A DNA stretch of 64,000 nt from Candidatus Niyogibacteria bacterium (GCA_016186495.1 JACPLO010000010.1:26905-90904); one strand, 5' to 3'. Counted from the stretch's first letter, positions 18,886 through 29,629 are shown. Notes: generated from the letters alone by a model not told the origin. Program-made: numbers and translations.

Positions 18886-21441
18886 TTATTTTTCAAAAAC
18901 AAAAGGATATTCCAGAATTTTCTTATTGCCCGCTTCATCATAAGCTTTAATGATCAGATTGGCTTTTTCGGAAAAATAATTTCTGGCTGTAAAATCATAA
19001 GATAATTCATAAGGCGGCATTTTTTTAGAGCCTAAAAAAATGCCGTCTAAAAAGAAATCAACCTGAATAATTTTAAAATAACTTTGGATTTCCGTTTTAA
19101 CGTAAAAATTATTCCGTGAAACTAATTCATTTTTTTTCGGAAAAATAAGATTAATTTTTGGCTGATATTCCGGTTTGTGAACATCGTCAAATTCTTTAGG
19201 CAGACTTTCGTTTGTTTCTTCTGAAATATTTTGAGCAGCCGCCCATTTTCTGATGGGAAATTCCCATAGTTTAAATTGCGGATCATTTTCAGGATTAACG
19301 GATTCGGAACCGAGGGGGTTGTTTTTATCCAACCAATAAAGAATTGAATGGATTTGAGTCAGAATTTTTTCTTCAATCGTTTCCGGCGGCGTAAAATTAG
19401 TGGCTAATTTTTTTGAAATTTTATCAATAAAATAAATTTCTCCTCCTTGCCACCGGCCTTTAAGAACCGGTTTGGTTGCGGAATTTTCTTTTGCTTTTTT
19501 AAATTCTTCTTTAGGCAGTTCTTTTAAAACTTCTTTCATAAACGCGTTCCACATCGGCGCCACGATAAAGCCCGCCACTTTTTTTTCCATCGCGGAGTTA
19601 TTGTTGTTTCCCACCCATGCGCCCAGCGCGAAATTCGGCGCGTAGCCGATAATCCACGCGTCGCGATAATCGTTGGTGGTGCCGGTTTTAGCCGCCACCG
19701 GCCGGTCGGGAAAATAAAGCCAGGAGTTTTCTCCGAAAGCGGGAGTGCGCGCTTTATTGTCCGAAAGCACGTCGTTGATCAGGCGGGCGACTTGTTCATC
19801 CAAAATTCTTTTTTCTTCCGGCTGATGTTCTTCTAAAATTTTTCCATCGGCGCTTTCCACTTTTTTTATGAAATAAGGAGAAGTTTTTACGCCGTCATTC
19901 GCAAAAACAGCGTAAGCGCCGACCATTTCCAAAAGTTTAACTTCGCCGCCGCCCAAAACCAACGTTAAGCCGTATCTTTGAGGATCGGTCAGGGTGGTGA
20001 TGCCCATTTCCCGCGCGGTTTTTATGGTATCCGTTAAACCGGCCAGATATAAAGTTTTTACCGACGGCAAATTAATGGATTGAGCCAACGCTTCTCTCAT
20101 TGTGACCGTCCCCCGAAAAATATTGTCATAATTTATCGGATGATAGCATTTGTCTTCGTAGTCCGGATTTTTAGCTAAAATTTCGGCGGTTATTTTTTCC
20201 TGGATTTTTACATCAGGATCGCAGTCGGGATTAAATTCCGTCGGCAGGTCAAAAAGCGCCGTTTCAGGAGTATATCCTTTTTTAAATGCCGTGGCGTAAG
20301 CAAAGGGCTTGAAAGCCGAGCCGGGCTGGCGCCGGGCAAGAGCGGCGTTAAAATTTCCTTCAAAAAAACAGTTAACGCCGGGAGAACATCCTTTCGGTTC
20401 CGGCTCCGCAAAATAATCTTTTGATCCGACTATTGCCAAAACCGCGCCGGTTTTAGGATCAATAGCGGCCAGCGCGGCGTTAAAAGCGTTGAATTTATTT
20501 TTATTTTCTTCAGCGTATTGTTTTACGATTTTTTCGGCTTTTTTCTGAAAATCCCAGTTAAGGGTAGTGTCAACTTTCAATCCGCCGCTGGAAACCATTT
20601 CTTCTCCATATTTTTCTTCCAGATATTTTTTTACCATTATCGTAAAATGCGGCGCTCTCATGGTTTCATCTTCGTTTTTGTTTAAAAATTCAACTTTTTC
20701 TTTTTGGCCGGCTTCTTTTTCTTCCTGGCTGATGAAACCAAGGATCGCCATTCTTTCCAAAACGAGATTTTTCCTTTTTTCCAATTCGTCCTGATGATAG
20801 CCGTAAGGCGAATAATAACTGGGCGCTTTAGGCAAAGCCGCGAGGTAAGCGGCTTGAGCTAAATCAAGATCTTCGGCGTTTTTGGCAAAAAAAGTTTGGG
20901 CCGCGGCTTCTATTCCATAACTGCTTAAGCCGTAAGGAATTTCATTTAAATAAAGTTCAAGAATTTTTTCTTTGGAATATTGTTTTTCTATCTTAAGCGT
21001 TAAAATAAGTTCTTTTAATTTACGGGTTAAAGTGCGCTCCGGCGTTAAAAAACTGTTTTTTACCAATTGCTGGGTGATGGTTGAGCCGCCTTGAGTAATT
21101 TTACCCGCCGTAAAGTTGGCGATAAAAGCCCGGCCAATGGAGAAAAAATCAATTCCCCAATGATAGTAAAAATTATCGTCTTCAATGGCCACGGTGGCAT
21201 TTTTAATATGGCGGGGAATTTTGGAAAAAGGAATCAATGTTCTTTTTATGTCCTGATGAACGTCATATAAAAGCGTTTTACCGCTTTGATCGTAAATTTT
21301 CGTGGACTGCACGATTTTTCTTTCCAAAAGAGCGTTAAAATCCGGAATTTTAACGCTTAAAGCCAAAACGCCTAAAAAACCGGCGGAAGCGGCGCCGATG
21401 ATCAGGCCGGACAGAAAGATTTTTTTTGCCAGAAACTTCAT
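18886..21441 (-). CDS. class A penicillin-binding protein (glycosyltransferase + transpeptidase) with C-terminal extension
   Basis: 851 aa; N-terminal TM anchor; GT51 motifs (EDxxFYxHxG, GGSTITQQ); transpeptidase SxxK (SAFKPF) and KTGTT. Confidence 0.85.
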   Translation of the reverse strand: MKFLAKKIFLSGLIIGAASAGFLGVLALSVKIPDFNALLERKIVQSTKIYDQSGKTLLYDVHQDIKRTLIPFSKIPRHIKNATVAIEDDNFYYHWGIDFFSIGRAFIANFTAGKITQGGSTITQQLVKNSFLTPERTLTRKLKELILTLKIEKQYSKEKILELYLNEIPYGLSSYGIEAAAQTFFAKNAEDLDLAQAAYLAALPKAPSYYSPYGYHQDELEKRKNLVLERMAILGFISQEEKEAGQKEKVEFLNKNEDETMRAPHFTIMVKKYLEEKYGEEMVSSGGLKVDTTLNWDFQKKAEKIVKQYAEENKNKFNAFNAALAAIDPKTGAVLAIVGSKDYFAEPEPKGCSPGVNCFFEGNFNAALARRQPGSAFKPFAYATAFKKGYTPETALFDLPTEFNPDCDPDVKIQEKITAEILAKNPDYEDKCYHPINYDNIFRGTVTMREALAQSINLPSVKTLYLAGLTDTIKTAREMGITTLTDPQRYGLTLVLGGGEVKLLEMVGAYAVFANDGVKTSPYFIKKVESADGKILEEHQPEEKRILDEQVARLINDVLSDNKARTPAFGENSWLYFPDRPVAAKTGTTNDYRDAWIIGYAPNFALGAWVGNNNNSAMEKKVAGFIVAPMWNAFMKEVLKELPKEEFKKAKENSATKPVLKGRWQGGEIYFIDKISKKLATNFTPPETIEEKILTQIHSILYWLDKNNPLGSESVNPENDPQFKLWEFPIRKWAAAQNISEETNESLPKEFDDVHKPEYQPKINLIFPKKNELVSRNNFYVKTEIQSYFKIIQVDFFLDGIFLGSKKMPPYELSYDFTARNYFSEKANLIIKAYDEAGNKKILEYPFVFEK

Positions 21442-21494
21442 TTAATTATATACTAACATACATACTGGCGGAGGAATTATCAAGCGATTGATTT

Positions 21495-22661
21495 ATGATA
21501 AGCGATAAAAATCTTAAAGAAGTTTTAACCCGCGGCGTGAAGAAAATTATAAAAAAAGAAAGTCTGGAAAAAAAATTAGCCTCGGGAAAAATTTTAAGAA
21601 TCAAGCACGGCGTTGATCCCACGACCGCGGATTTGCATTTAGGCTACGCGGTGATTTACCGCAAATTAAAACAGTTCCAGGATTTAGGGCATAAGATAAT
21701 TTTTTTAATCGGCGATTTTACCGGCCGTTTCGGCGACCCTACGGAGCAGGCCGCCGGGCCGCGGCCGATGCGCGATAAAAAAGAAGTTAAAGAATTGGCT
21801 AAAAATTATTTAAAACAAGCGGGAAAAATTCTTGATTTAAAAAAACTTGAAGTAAGACACAACAGCGAATGGTATGACCGAATGAGCGCGGAAGAGCTTC
21901 TTCGTCTAATGTCCCGTTTTACCGCGGCCCGGATGATGGAACGGGATATGTTTCAGGAAAGGATAAAAAAGGGGCTGGATATCGGCCTGCACGAGCCGGT
22001 CTACCCCGCGCTTCAAGGATATGATTCGGTAATGCTGAAATCGGATTTGGCCGTCATCGGCAGCGATCAGGAGTTTAATGAATTTCAAGGCCGGAAAGCG
22101 CAAGAAAAATTCGGCCAAGAACCGCAGGATCTTTTAATTATGCCGCTTTTAACCGGTTTGGACGGCCAAAGAAAAATGAGCCAGAGTTTGGGAAATTATA
22201 TCGGCTTGGTTGAGAATCCTGATTCGCAATACGGAAAAATTATGTCTTTGCCGGATAATTTAACGGAAGAATACGTTATTTTACTGACTGATTTGGATTA
22301 CGGAGAAATAAAAAAACTTCATCCTCGCGACGCGAAAATGCGGTTGGCGCGCGAAATCTTAAAAAATTGCCATGGGGAAAAGGCCGCCGCTGAAGCGGAA
22401 AAAAATTTTAAAAAAGTTTTTCAAAAAGGCGGTTGGCCGGAAAAAATGCCGGAAGTTTTCATAAAATTTCCCGTAAAATTGTCAAAGATTTTGCTTGCCC
22501 GAAAAATAATTCTTTCCAACGCCGAATTCAGGAGATTAGTGAAATCCCAGGGAATTGAAGTTGACCAAAAAATAATTTCTGACGTTAATTTGATAATTGA
22601 TAAGCCAACGGCGGTCAGAATAGGCAAGTTTAGATTTTTAAAGATAAGCTCCGTTAAATAG
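21495..22661 (+). CDS. tyrS: tyrosyl-tRNA synthetase (class I, with C-terminal S4-like domain)
   Basis: GVDPTTADLHLGY (HIGH-type) ... LIGDFTGRFGDP ... KMSQS motif; 388 aa. Confidence 0.7.
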   Translation: MISDKNLKEVLTRGVKKIIKKESLEKKLASGKILRIKHGVDPTTADLHLGYAVIYRKLKQFQDLGHKIIFLIGDFTGRFGDPTEQAAGPRPMRDKKEVKELAKNYLKQAGKILDLKKLEVRHNSEWYDRMSAEELLRLMSRFTAARMMERDMFQERIKKGLDIGLHEPVYPALQGYDSVMLKSDLAVIGSDQEFNEFQGRKAQEKFGQEPQDLLIMPLLTGLDGQRKMSQSLGNYIGLVENPDSQYGKIMSLPDNLTEEYVILLTDLDYGEIKKLHPRDAKMRLAREILKNCHGEKAAAEAEKNFKKVFQKGGWPEKMPEVFIKFPVKLSKILLARKIILSNAEFRRLVKSQGIEVDQKIISDVNLIIDKPTAVRIGKFRFLKISSVK

Positions 22662-22696
22662 TTGCGAAGCAAGTTTAATCGGGTAAATTTTAAATA

Positions 22697-22729
22697 ACCA
22701 AAAAGTCCCGCAACGCGGGACTTTTTGGT
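22697..22729. terminator. bidirectional intrinsic terminator between tyrS and the minus-strand acidic ORF
   Basis: ACCAAAAAGTCCCGCAACGCGGGACTTTTTGGT: 8-bp GC-rich stem, symmetric A/T runs on both sides. Confidence 0.65.
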
Positions 22730-22735
22730 TTAATT

Positions 22736-22972
22736 TTAGTAATAATTGTCTTCTTCTCCTTCTATTTCTTTTTCATCAATTTCATCAATTTTATCTTCGT
22801 CTTCCATTTCATCAAAATCAGTTATTTCTTTATCTTCTTCTTCTTCTTCTTCGTTATCTTCATTAAAAAGCGTGTTTTTGAAAATAAAATCCATACGCGG
22901 TTTAGTTGATATCTTTGATAAATCGACCCTTTCCCGTTTTTTAACAAACCTATTTATTTTGTAAAGAGGCAA
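22736..22972 (-). CDS. small highly acidic protein (poly-Glu/Asp tail)
   Basis: 78 aa; EEEEEEDKEITDFDEMEDEDKIDEIDEKEIEGEED; could be low-complexity artefact. Confidence 0.3.
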   Translation of the reverse strand: MPLYKINRFVKKRERVDLSKISTKPRMDFIFKNTLFNEDNEEEEEEDKEITDFDEMEDEDKIDEIDEKEIEGEEDNYY

Positions 22973-22991
22973 ATTTTAATTTTGGGGATAA

Positions 22992-23073
22992 ATCCCGTTA
23001 GAAAGTTCGCAATTTATGTCAAAAGAGACTAAAAAATTAAAAATAGAATCAATTAAGGTTCTTTCAACGGGAT
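22992..23073. mobile_element. MITE-like element, CCGTTAGAAA family (copy 1)
   Basis: ATCCCGTTAGAAAG at the left end, CTTTCAACGGGAT at the right (imperfect TIR); flanking GATAAATC-like direct duplication; intergenic. Confidence 0.55.
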
Positions 23074-23076
23074 AAA

Positions 23077-23574
23077 TCAATATGGTTTTTGATAGCTGAA
23101 AGCTGTAAGCGCCGTGGCTAAAGCGTCTGTCGCATCATCGTGTTCAGGCGCCGCTTTTAATTTTAAAAGAATTTTAATCATATTCTGGATTTGTTTTTTA
23201 TCCGCCTTGCCGTAGCCGCAGACCGCGACTTTAATTTCCAGCGGCGTATATTCTAAAACCGGCATTTTGGCGATGCTGGCCAGATAAATAGCAATTCCTC
23301 TGGCTTCCGCTACTTGGAGAGCAGTTTTCTGATTGGTGGTAAAAAAAAGTTTTTCAATCGCCATCGCTTCCGGGCGGTGTTTGCTGATTATTTTTTCAAT
23401 TCCTTCGCCGATCCGGCGGATTCGTTCCGGATGGGGTGTTTTGCTTGTTGTTTCAAAACAGCCCATTTCCTCCGCTAAATAATCATTTTTTTTTCGGCTG
23501 ACAACAGCCCAGCCCATTCGTCCGAAACCCGGATCAATCCCGAGAATTTTATTTATCCCGTTAGAAGTTTTCAT
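23077..23574 (-). CDS. ruvC: Holliday junction resolvase RuvC
   Basis: 165 aa; ILGIDPG...; annotated N-terminus MKTSNGINK is encoded by a solo ATCCCGTTAGAAG repeat arm (23565-23577), so the true start may be downstream. Confidence 0.85.
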   Translation of the reverse strand: MKTSNGINKILGIDPGFGRMGWAVVSRKKNDYLAEEMGCFETTSKTPHPERIRRIGEGIEKIISKHRPEAMAIEKLFFTTNQKTALQVAEARGIAIYLASIAKMPVLEYTPLEIKVAVCGYGKADKKQIQNMIKILLKLKAAPEHDDATDALATALTAFSYQKPY

Positions 23575-23676
23575 ATGAACGCGTTTTAATGATTAGAAAG
23601 CCGAAGCCCCGCTCTTTTCGCAAAAATGGCTGGGCGAAGGCGAATTCGCTCGCCTTCAGAAATGATACTATCGGGA

Positions 23677-24210
23677 TTATTCCACATTGGTGTAAATTTC
23701 CTGCACATCATCATGATTATCTAATTCTTCTATCAGCTGGTTAAGCGCGGCGGCGTTTTGTTCGTTCAAAACAAGCGGCGTTTTGGTTTTCCATTGGCCG
23801 TTTATTTTTTCAAACGCCCAAATCACCGCGTCGGTTCCCGCTAGTTTGGCATTATGTTTGGAAAGAATGTGCTTTATTTCTGAAACCAGGCGATTTTTGT
23901 TATCCGTGATCGTTTCAATAATAATCGCCGCGCCGCCCGGGCCATAGGCTTCATATCTGGCATTTTCAAGTTTGGCGCCCGCCAGTTGGCCGCCGCCTTT
24001 TTTAATGGCGCGGGCAATATTTTCCGCGGGCAGATTGGCGGCTTTGGCTTTTTCCACGGCCGCGCGAAGTTCGGGATTAGCATTTGGGTCAGCATTTTTT
24101 CTGGCCGCGATTTGAATTATTTTTGCGAGTTTGCCGAAAATTTGCCCGCGTTTGACGTCGGTTTGCGCTTTTTTATGCTTTATTTGCGACCATTTAGAGT
24201 GTCCGCTCAT
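23677..24210 (-). CDS. yebC: YebC/PmpR-family transcriptional regulatory protein
   Basis: [32 protein letters not shown]... typical YebC N-terminus. Confidence 0.85.
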   Translation of the reverse strand: MSGHSKWSQIKHKKAQTDVKRGQIFGKLAKIIQIAARKNADPNANPELRAAVEKAKAANLPAENIARAIKKGGGQLAGAKLENARYEAYGPGGAAIIIETITDNKNRLVSEIKHILSKHNAKLAGTDAVIWAFEKINGQWKTKTPLVLNEQNAAALNQLIEELDNHDDVQEIYTNVE

Positions 24211-24706
24211 ATTGGTTTAAGATTTGATTTTTCTTTACGTATTCTAAAATAATATTTTTAACTTGCTCGGGATAAGGAATATCTTTAATTATGAAAGATT
24301 GCGCTCCGGCGGTTTGGACCGTAATGTTCCCGAATTTAAAAACAGTGGCGAGAAAATTAGGAATTTCAACGGTGACGTCCTGAACGCGCGAAAGCATAAA
24401 TTCAGAAATCTTTCGTTGAAAAAGTTTTTTTTGCTCAATATCAATAATCCGCTCACTGGTCACAATCCACATATCCAGATAAAAATTCACCCAAAAAATA
24501 AAAGCGACAAGCAAAATAATCAGAACATAAACAGTTAAAATAAACATTGCCAAGACGATGTATTCCGGCAGATAATTGATCGCGGCCGTTAAAATAATAA
24601 CGGCGATTAAAAGCATCACGGCGATCACGGTCATTTTGCCGGCGATGACCAGCCAATGCCGGTGAATGGATAAAATTATTTTTTCTTCCGGTTTTAGATG
24701 GAACAT
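24194..24706 (-). CDS. membrane protein with bacterial PH (YdbS-like) domain
   Basis: 2 TM helices followed by a ...[17 protein letters not shown]...GNITVQTAG bPH_2-like segment. Confidence 0.45.
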   Translation of the reverse strand: MFHLKPEEKIILSIHRHWLVIAGKMTVIAVMLLIAVIILTAAINYLPEYIVLAMFILTVYVLIILLVAFIFWVNFYLDMWIVTSERIIDIEQKKLFQRKISEFMLSRVQDVTVEIPNFLATVFKFGNITVQTAGAQSFIIKDIPYPEQVKNIILEYVKKNQILNQYERTL

Positions 24707-24709
24707 ATT

Positions 24710-24919
24710 TTAAAGCGGAATTATTTTATTCCATGGCGTTAAAAAAAAGAGCAGAGCGGAAATTATCATAAATATAACAATCGCTCCCAGAAAAATATTA
24801 ATAACCCAGCGATATTTGTCTTGCGGCAGGATATATTGATTGATATTCCAAAAAATCGCGATAATAAATAAAATATAAAATATTATAAATAAAATATAAG
24901 CGATCAGGGGAATAATCAT
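24710..24919 (-). CDS. small membrane protein
   Basis: 69 aa, two hydrophobic helices; 4-bp overlap with ruvB stop. Confidence 0.3.
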   Translation of the reverse strand: MIIPLIAYILFIIFYILFIIAIFWNINQYILPQDKYRWVINIFLGAIVIFMIISALLFFLTPWNKIIPL

Positions 24920-25974
24920 AATAATTCAGGCTGATTGTTTTTAAGCGGGATTTTGCCGAGATGTTTGAAAGCTTGCGGCGTGGCAAGGCGGCCGCGCGAG
25001 GTTCTTTCAATAAAACCCAGTTGGATCAGATACGGTTCATAGACTTCTTCAATAGTTTCCGCTTCTTCGGAAAGGGAAGCGGCAATGGTTTTTACGCCCA
25101 CCGGGCCGCCGTTGAATTTTTCAATAATGGCTTTAAGAATTTGGCGGTCGTGCGCTTCCAGCCCTTTTTCGTCAATTTCCAAAAGTTTTAACGCGGCAGA
25201 AGCTTCTTTAACGGTAATTTCGGTTATTTTATTGACTTGAGAATAATCCCTGACGCGTTTTAAAAGACGGTTAGCCACCCGGGGCGTGCAGCGGGAACGG
25301 TCGGCGATAAATTCAGCCGCTTCCTGAATCAGGTTTATTTTAAGAATTTTGGCGGAGCGGGAGACGATTTCTTTCATTTCTTTCTGGTTGTAAAAATTAA
25401 GGCGAAAACTGCCGCCGGAAAATCTGGAGCGCAAAGGAGAAGAAAGAAGAGAAATGCGGGTTGTGGCGCCGATCAGAGTAAAAGCCGGCAGCTCCAATTG
25501 AATGGAGCGCGCCGAAGGGCCTTTGCCGATGATAATATCCAAACTGCGGTTTTCCATCGCCGGATAAAGAATTTCTTCCACTGTTTTGTTTAAGCGATGA
25601 ATTTCATCAATAAACAAAATATCGCCTGTTGACAGATTAGTCAAAAGGGAGGCTAAATCTCCCACCCGTTCAATCGCCGGGCCGGAAGTGATTTTAATCG
25701 GCGAGCCGGTTTCTTTGGAAATCAGATGGGCAATGGTGGTTTTTCCCAAACCCGGGGGGCCGTAAAAGAGCAGATGTTCAATGCAATCTCCGCGTTCTTG
25801 AGCCGCTTGGATGAGAATTTTTAAATTATTTTTAATTGTTTCTTGGCCGATATATTCATTCCAGCGCCGGGGACGAAGAGTTAAATCCAGATTTTCATCC
25901 TCATTTGTTTGTTTGGGCGCTATGGTTGAGCTTGACATATTTTTATTATTAATATATAATGCCTCAAAAAGCAA
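24916..25974 (-). CDS. ruvB: Holliday junction branch-migration ATPase RuvB
   Basis: GPPGLGKTT Walker A; RuvB C-terminal winged helix; 352 aa. Confidence 0.9.
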   Translation of the reverse strand: MLFEALYINNKNMSSSTIAPKQTNEDENLDLTLRPRRWNEYIGQETIKNNLKILIQAAQERGDCIEHLLFYGPPGLGKTTIAHLISKETGSPIKITSGPAIERVGDLASLLTNLSTGDILFIDEIHRLNKTVEEILYPAMENRSLDIIIGKGPSARSIQLELPAFTLIGATTRISLLSSPLRSRFSGGSFRLNFYNQKEMKEIVSRSAKILKINLIQEAAEFIADRSRCTPRVANRLLKRVRDYSQVNKITEITVKEASAALKLLEIDEKGLEAHDRQILKAIIEKFNGGPVGVKTIAASLSEEAETIEEVYEPYLIQLGFIERTSRGRLATPQAFKHLGKIPLKNNQPELL

Positions 25975-26180
25975 AATCCGGTTGTTATTATTCAGCGATT
26001 ATTTAGTTAGCGCTTTAAAGTCTCTAGGCGATATTCCGTTTTTAACGGAATTGGGATTTTCTTTAAAGGGCAATTTGGCGCCATGTTTTACATGGAGAGC
26101 TGGACTGTTTCTTTGGGATGATTCTATCTTATGGTTTTAATCATTTAGTATATTGCCTAGAGACTTAAACGCGTTATCCG

Positions 26181-26352
26181 CCTATTGCCTCGTGCCATTC
26201 GGCACATCGGCAATTTTTTGCTTTCAGCGAAAATCGGATAAAAAACAAAGCAGTTTGCTTTTTACCACCTATTGCCTCGTGCCATTCGGCACATCGGCAA
26301 TTTTTTGCTTTCAGCAAAAATCAGATAAAAAGCAAAGCAGTTTGCTTTTTAT
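26181..26352. repeat. 2 x 87-bp tandem repeat, each unit with two hairpins (GTGCCATTCGGCAC; AAAAAGCAAAGCAGTTTGCTTTTT)
   Basis: units 26181-26267 and 26268-26352 differ at ~5 positions; shares the CAAAGCAGTTTG hairpin core with the 159-bp tRNA-Leu-associated repeats. Confidence 0.7.
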
Positions 26353-28019
26353 CCCAACACTCTTTCTAATTCTTCCAAACTGCTTTTTCCCGCTAAAACT
26401 TTAAGCGCCGCGTCTTGCCCCATCGTCATCATTCCCTGTTTTTGGGCGATTTTTTTAAATTCTGATTCCAGCGGCATCGGGCCTAAAATAACGCGCTCGG
26501 TTTCGTCATCCACCCGGAAAGCTTCAAAGACGCCGACTCTTCCTTTATAGCCGGTTTGATTGCAAAGTTCGCAGCCCACGGCTTTAAACAGAAAAAGATT
26601 TTTAAAATCCGGTTTTTTTATGTCTGCCGGCAGATCAGCGAGAATTTTTTCCAGCCGCGCTTTTTCTTCGGCGCCGGCTTTTACTTTCTTTTTACATTGT
26701 TGGCAAAGCGTTCTAATAAGGCGCTGGGCCATGGCCATGGTAATCGCCGGCGCGACAATGTTGGGTTTAGCGCCGATGTCAATCAGGCGGGGAATGGTGC
26801 CAAAAGCGTTATTGGTGTGGAGCGTGGAAAAAACCAAATGGCCGGTCAGCGCGGCGTTAAGCGCGGTGCGGGCGGTTTCCAAATCCCTGATTTCTCCCAC
26901 TAAAATAACATCGGGGTCCTGGCGCATAATCGCGCGCAAAGCAGTGGAAAAATCATAACCCTTGTCAAAATTAACTTGAGATTGGCTGATGCCTTCAATA
27001 TGGTATTCTATCGGGTTTTCAATAGTGATAATTTTAATATCCGGCGTAAGAACTTTTTTAATAAAAGCGTAAAGCGTGGTGGTTTTTCCCGAGCCGGTGG
27101 GGCCGGTGGTTAAAATCATTCCGTTCGGCCTTTTGATTTCTTTTTCCATTATTTTCAGCAAGTTTTCCTGCATGCCTAAATTTTCAAAAGAAATAGAGAT
27201 GGTTTTAGGATGGAGGATTCTCATAACGATTGTTTCCCCGTAGGCGCTGGGCAGGACGGAAACCCTTACTTCCACATCCAGATCTTTTATTTTTATGGTA
27301 AAGCGTCCGTCTTGGGCGCGATCAGAAACGTTTAATTTAAGTTTGGCGATTAATTTAAGGCGGGACAGCAAGAGCCGATAAATAAAAAAAGAAAAATCAA
27401 TCACGTTATAAAGCATGCCGTCCAGCCGGAATCTCAAGCGGACTTGTTCTTCTTGCGGTTCAAGATGGATGTCCGAGGCTTCCAGAGCGTAAGCGCCGGC
27501 CAAAATTACTTCCGCGATGTTTGATATTTTTTGAACTTCTTTGGCGTTGAAAAGAGGAGTCAGAATTTTTTGCAGATCAGAAATGTTTTTAATTTCTTTA
27601 AGGTATGTTTCAAGATTTTGAGAAGAGATGCTGATCAGGCCCGCGGAAACAGCTTCAAATTTTGGAATTTCTTCGTATTTTCCCCAAGCTCTTTTTAAGC
27701 TGTTTTCGGAAACCAAAAAAAGCCGGCTTTGGTATAATTCTTTTTTAAGATTTTCCAAAATCGCCTTGGTCAGAGGAAGTTCCGGGTTTTTTACGGCTAC
27801 GCTTATTTTTTTGCCCGTTTTTTGAAAAATCGCCAATTGGCCGTCGCGCGCTTCTTTTTCCGGAATGATTTTTAAAGCGTCTATTTCAATGGTTATCCGG
27901 GAAAGATCGGCGTAAGGCAAGCCATATTTTTGAGAAAGAATTTGCGCTAAATCTTCCGCTTCCTTTTTTTTTATTTCTTTTAGTTTTTCTTCTCTTTTTT
28001 CCGCGAGATTATTGTTCAT
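26349..28019 (-). CDS. pilB: type IV pilus / type II secretion assembly ATPase (GspE/PilB family)
   Basis: 556 aa; Walker A GPTGSGKTT; tetracysteine CxxC...CxxC motif near C-terminus; N-terminal GspE_N-like region. Confidence 0.85.
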   Translation of the reverse strand: MNNNLAEKREEKLKEIKKKEAEDLAQILSQKYGLPYADLSRITIEIDALKIIPEKEARDGQLAIFQKTGKKISVAVKNPELPLTKAILENLKKELYQSRLFLVSENSLKRAWGKYEEIPKFEAVSAGLISISSQNLETYLKEIKNISDLQKILTPLFNAKEVQKISNIAEVILAGAYALEASDIHLEPQEEQVRLRFRLDGMLYNVIDFSFFIYRLLLSRLKLIAKLKLNVSDRAQDGRFTIKIKDLDVEVRVSVLPSAYGETIVMRILHPKTISISFENLGMQENLLKIMEKEIKRPNGMILTTGPTGSGKTTTLYAFIKKVLTPDIKIITIENPIEYHIEGISQSQVNFDKGYDFSTALRAIMRQDPDVILVGEIRDLETARTALNAALTGHLVFSTLHTNNAFGTIPRLIDIGAKPNIVAPAITMAMAQRLIRTLCQQCKKKVKAGAEEKARLEKILADLPADIKKPDFKNLFLFKAVGCELCNQTGYKGRVGVFEAFRVDDETERVILGPMPLESEFKKIAQKQGMMTMGQDAALKVLAGKSSLEELERVLG

Positions 28020-28039
28020 ACGCTTGATTAAATAATAAT

Positions 28040-29128
28040 CTAATCCGAGTTCTTTAACAATTGGCGCAAGTTTTTTTCCGCGGCGGAAAAATTCGGATAA
28101 TCAGGCAAGCGGATGAAATTATTTTGAGGTTTTAAGCCGAGTTTTCGGCTTAAAAAAGAAAATCCGTTTTCGCTTCGGCAATACAGCAATCCTTTAACTT
28201 CTCCTTTTTCTTTCCAAAGCAGAAAATGACGGTCTTTTTCGGCGATTACCCGGTTGAAAGATTTGACTAAAGAAGAGAATAACTCTAAAGACGGCTGGGT
28301 GTTGGTTTTTTGAAAATCCTGTTCGGTAAAAAAAGTCCAAGCGGCGTTTGTTTTTTCATCGGCGTAAGTGCGGGCCAAAGCCCGGCCTAAAAATTGGTTG
28401 GCGGCTGGCCGGGAAAACTGTATTTTTTTTATCGTTTCTTTGTCGGCGCCATTTTCTAAAAATGTTCCGGCTAAGTCCAAAATTTCCTTAGAGGTATTTT
28501 TATTAAAATTTTCCGTTTCCACGATCAGGCAGGCAAAAAGCAAAGTGGCGATTATTTTATTTTGGCAGATTTCTTTTCCCAGCAGTCCGATCAATTCGTT
28601 TATTTTTTGGATTAAAGAATAAGAATGGTCAGGCGAAATAAGAACGATATTTTCTTTGGTTGGCCAGGATTGTTTGTTTTGGATATTTTCCAATTCTTCT
28701 TCTTTTTCAAAAAAAGCAAAAATTGCTTCCGGCGCCGGCATTATTTTTTGGATGGAAATTTCTTGAGAATTTATCTCGCCGGATTTCGGGGTAATGGAAA
28801 AAACGAGAAAATCATCCTCTTCATCATAGCTGGCTTCGGCGATGCCGTTTTTTTTTGGAATTTTTATTTTCAACGTCGGCGTTATCGCGGATTTTTCAGA
28901 ATTTGGCAAAGAAATTATTTCTTGCCATTTTAATTTTAAATCCGTTGATTTTTCTTCGCCGTTAATTACATTCTTTCCGGCGTTTTCCAAAGCTAAACGC
29001 AAAGCTTCTTTAGCTAAAAATTCTTCTTCTCGGGGATTTGGCCGCAAGAATAATTTAAAATTTTTTTTGTTTAAGATAGTTTTTATTTTTTTGAGTTTTT
29101 CGCCGTCCATTGCGGTTATTTTTAACAT
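28040..29128 (-). CDS. hypothetical protein upstream of pilB in the same operon
   Basis: 362-aa ORF; no confident motif. Confidence 0.35.
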   Translation of the reverse strand: MLKITAMDGEKLKKIKTILNKKNFKLFLRPNPREEEFLAKEALRLALENAGKNVINGEEKSTDLKLKWQEIISLPNSEKSAITPTLKIKIPKKNGIAEASYDEEDDFLVFSITPKSGEINSQEISIQKIMPAPEAIFAFFEKEEELENIQNKQSWPTKENIVLISPDHSYSLIQKINELIGLLGKEICQNKIIATLLFACLIVETENFNKNTSKEILDLAGTFLENGADKETIKKIQFSRPAANQFLGRALARTYADEKTNAAWTFFTEQDFQKTNTQPSLELFSSLVKSFNRVIAEKDRHFLLWKEKGEVKGLLYCRSENGFSFLSRKLGLKPQNNFIRLPDYPNFSAAEKNLRQLLKNSD

Positions 29129-29163
29129 TTAGCGCCGTGTTTTTCAAGATAAAAAATGATAAG

Positions 29164-29628
29164 ATGAAATTGATGAAAGAAATAAAAATTATCACCAAAA
29201 AAACCAAAGAAACTCAAATTTTGGCCGGATTTTTGGCTCAGGAATGTTTAAAGGTTTCTTTGGGAAAAAGGGCGTTAGTCATCGGCTTGGAAGGCGAATT
29301 AGGCGCAGGAAAAACTTATTTCGTCAAAGGATTTGCCGAAGGTTTAGGCGTTAAGGAAACAGTGGTCAGCCCGACTTTTGTTTTGCTTAAAATTTTTAAA
29401 CTATTCCGAAAAAAATTCAAACAGCTTATCCATATTGACGCTTATCGGGTAAATTTCAGAAAAGAGCTTCAGGCGCTCGGCTGGGAAAAATTCTTAAAAG
29501 ATCCTCAAAATATAATTATCATTGAATGGGCGGATAAAGCGCGCGGAATTTTACCGAAAAATTATCTTCAGGTAAAGTTTAAACATTTTAAGGAAGATGA
29601 GAGAAAAATAATTTTTAAAATAAAATAA
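29164..29628 (+). CDS. tsaE: tRNA threonylcarbamoyladenosine biosynthesis ATPase TsaE
   Basis: LVIGLEGELGAGKTYFVKGFAEGLGV...VSPTF P-loop; start moved to the internal ATG at 29164 (track ORF starts 29110). Confidence 0.7.
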   Translation: MKLMKEIKIITKKTKETQILAGFLAQECLKVSLGKRALVIGLEGELGAGKTYFVKGFAEGLGVKETVVSPTFVLLKIFKLFRKKFKQLIHIDAYRVNFRKELQALGWEKFLKDPQNIIIIEWADKARGILPKNYLQVKFKHFKEDERKIIFKIK

Positions 29629-29629
29629 A

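Noticed and set aside
26181-26352. Possible CRISPR array or DGR template/variable repeat pair (also considered for 45987-46302 and 50057-50328)
   Set aside because: Only two units each. The units are directly adjacent with no unique spacers, they are far longer than CRISPR repeats, and no cas genes are nearby. Mismatches between copies are not adenine-specific, and no reverse transcriptase is present, so a DGR is unlikely.
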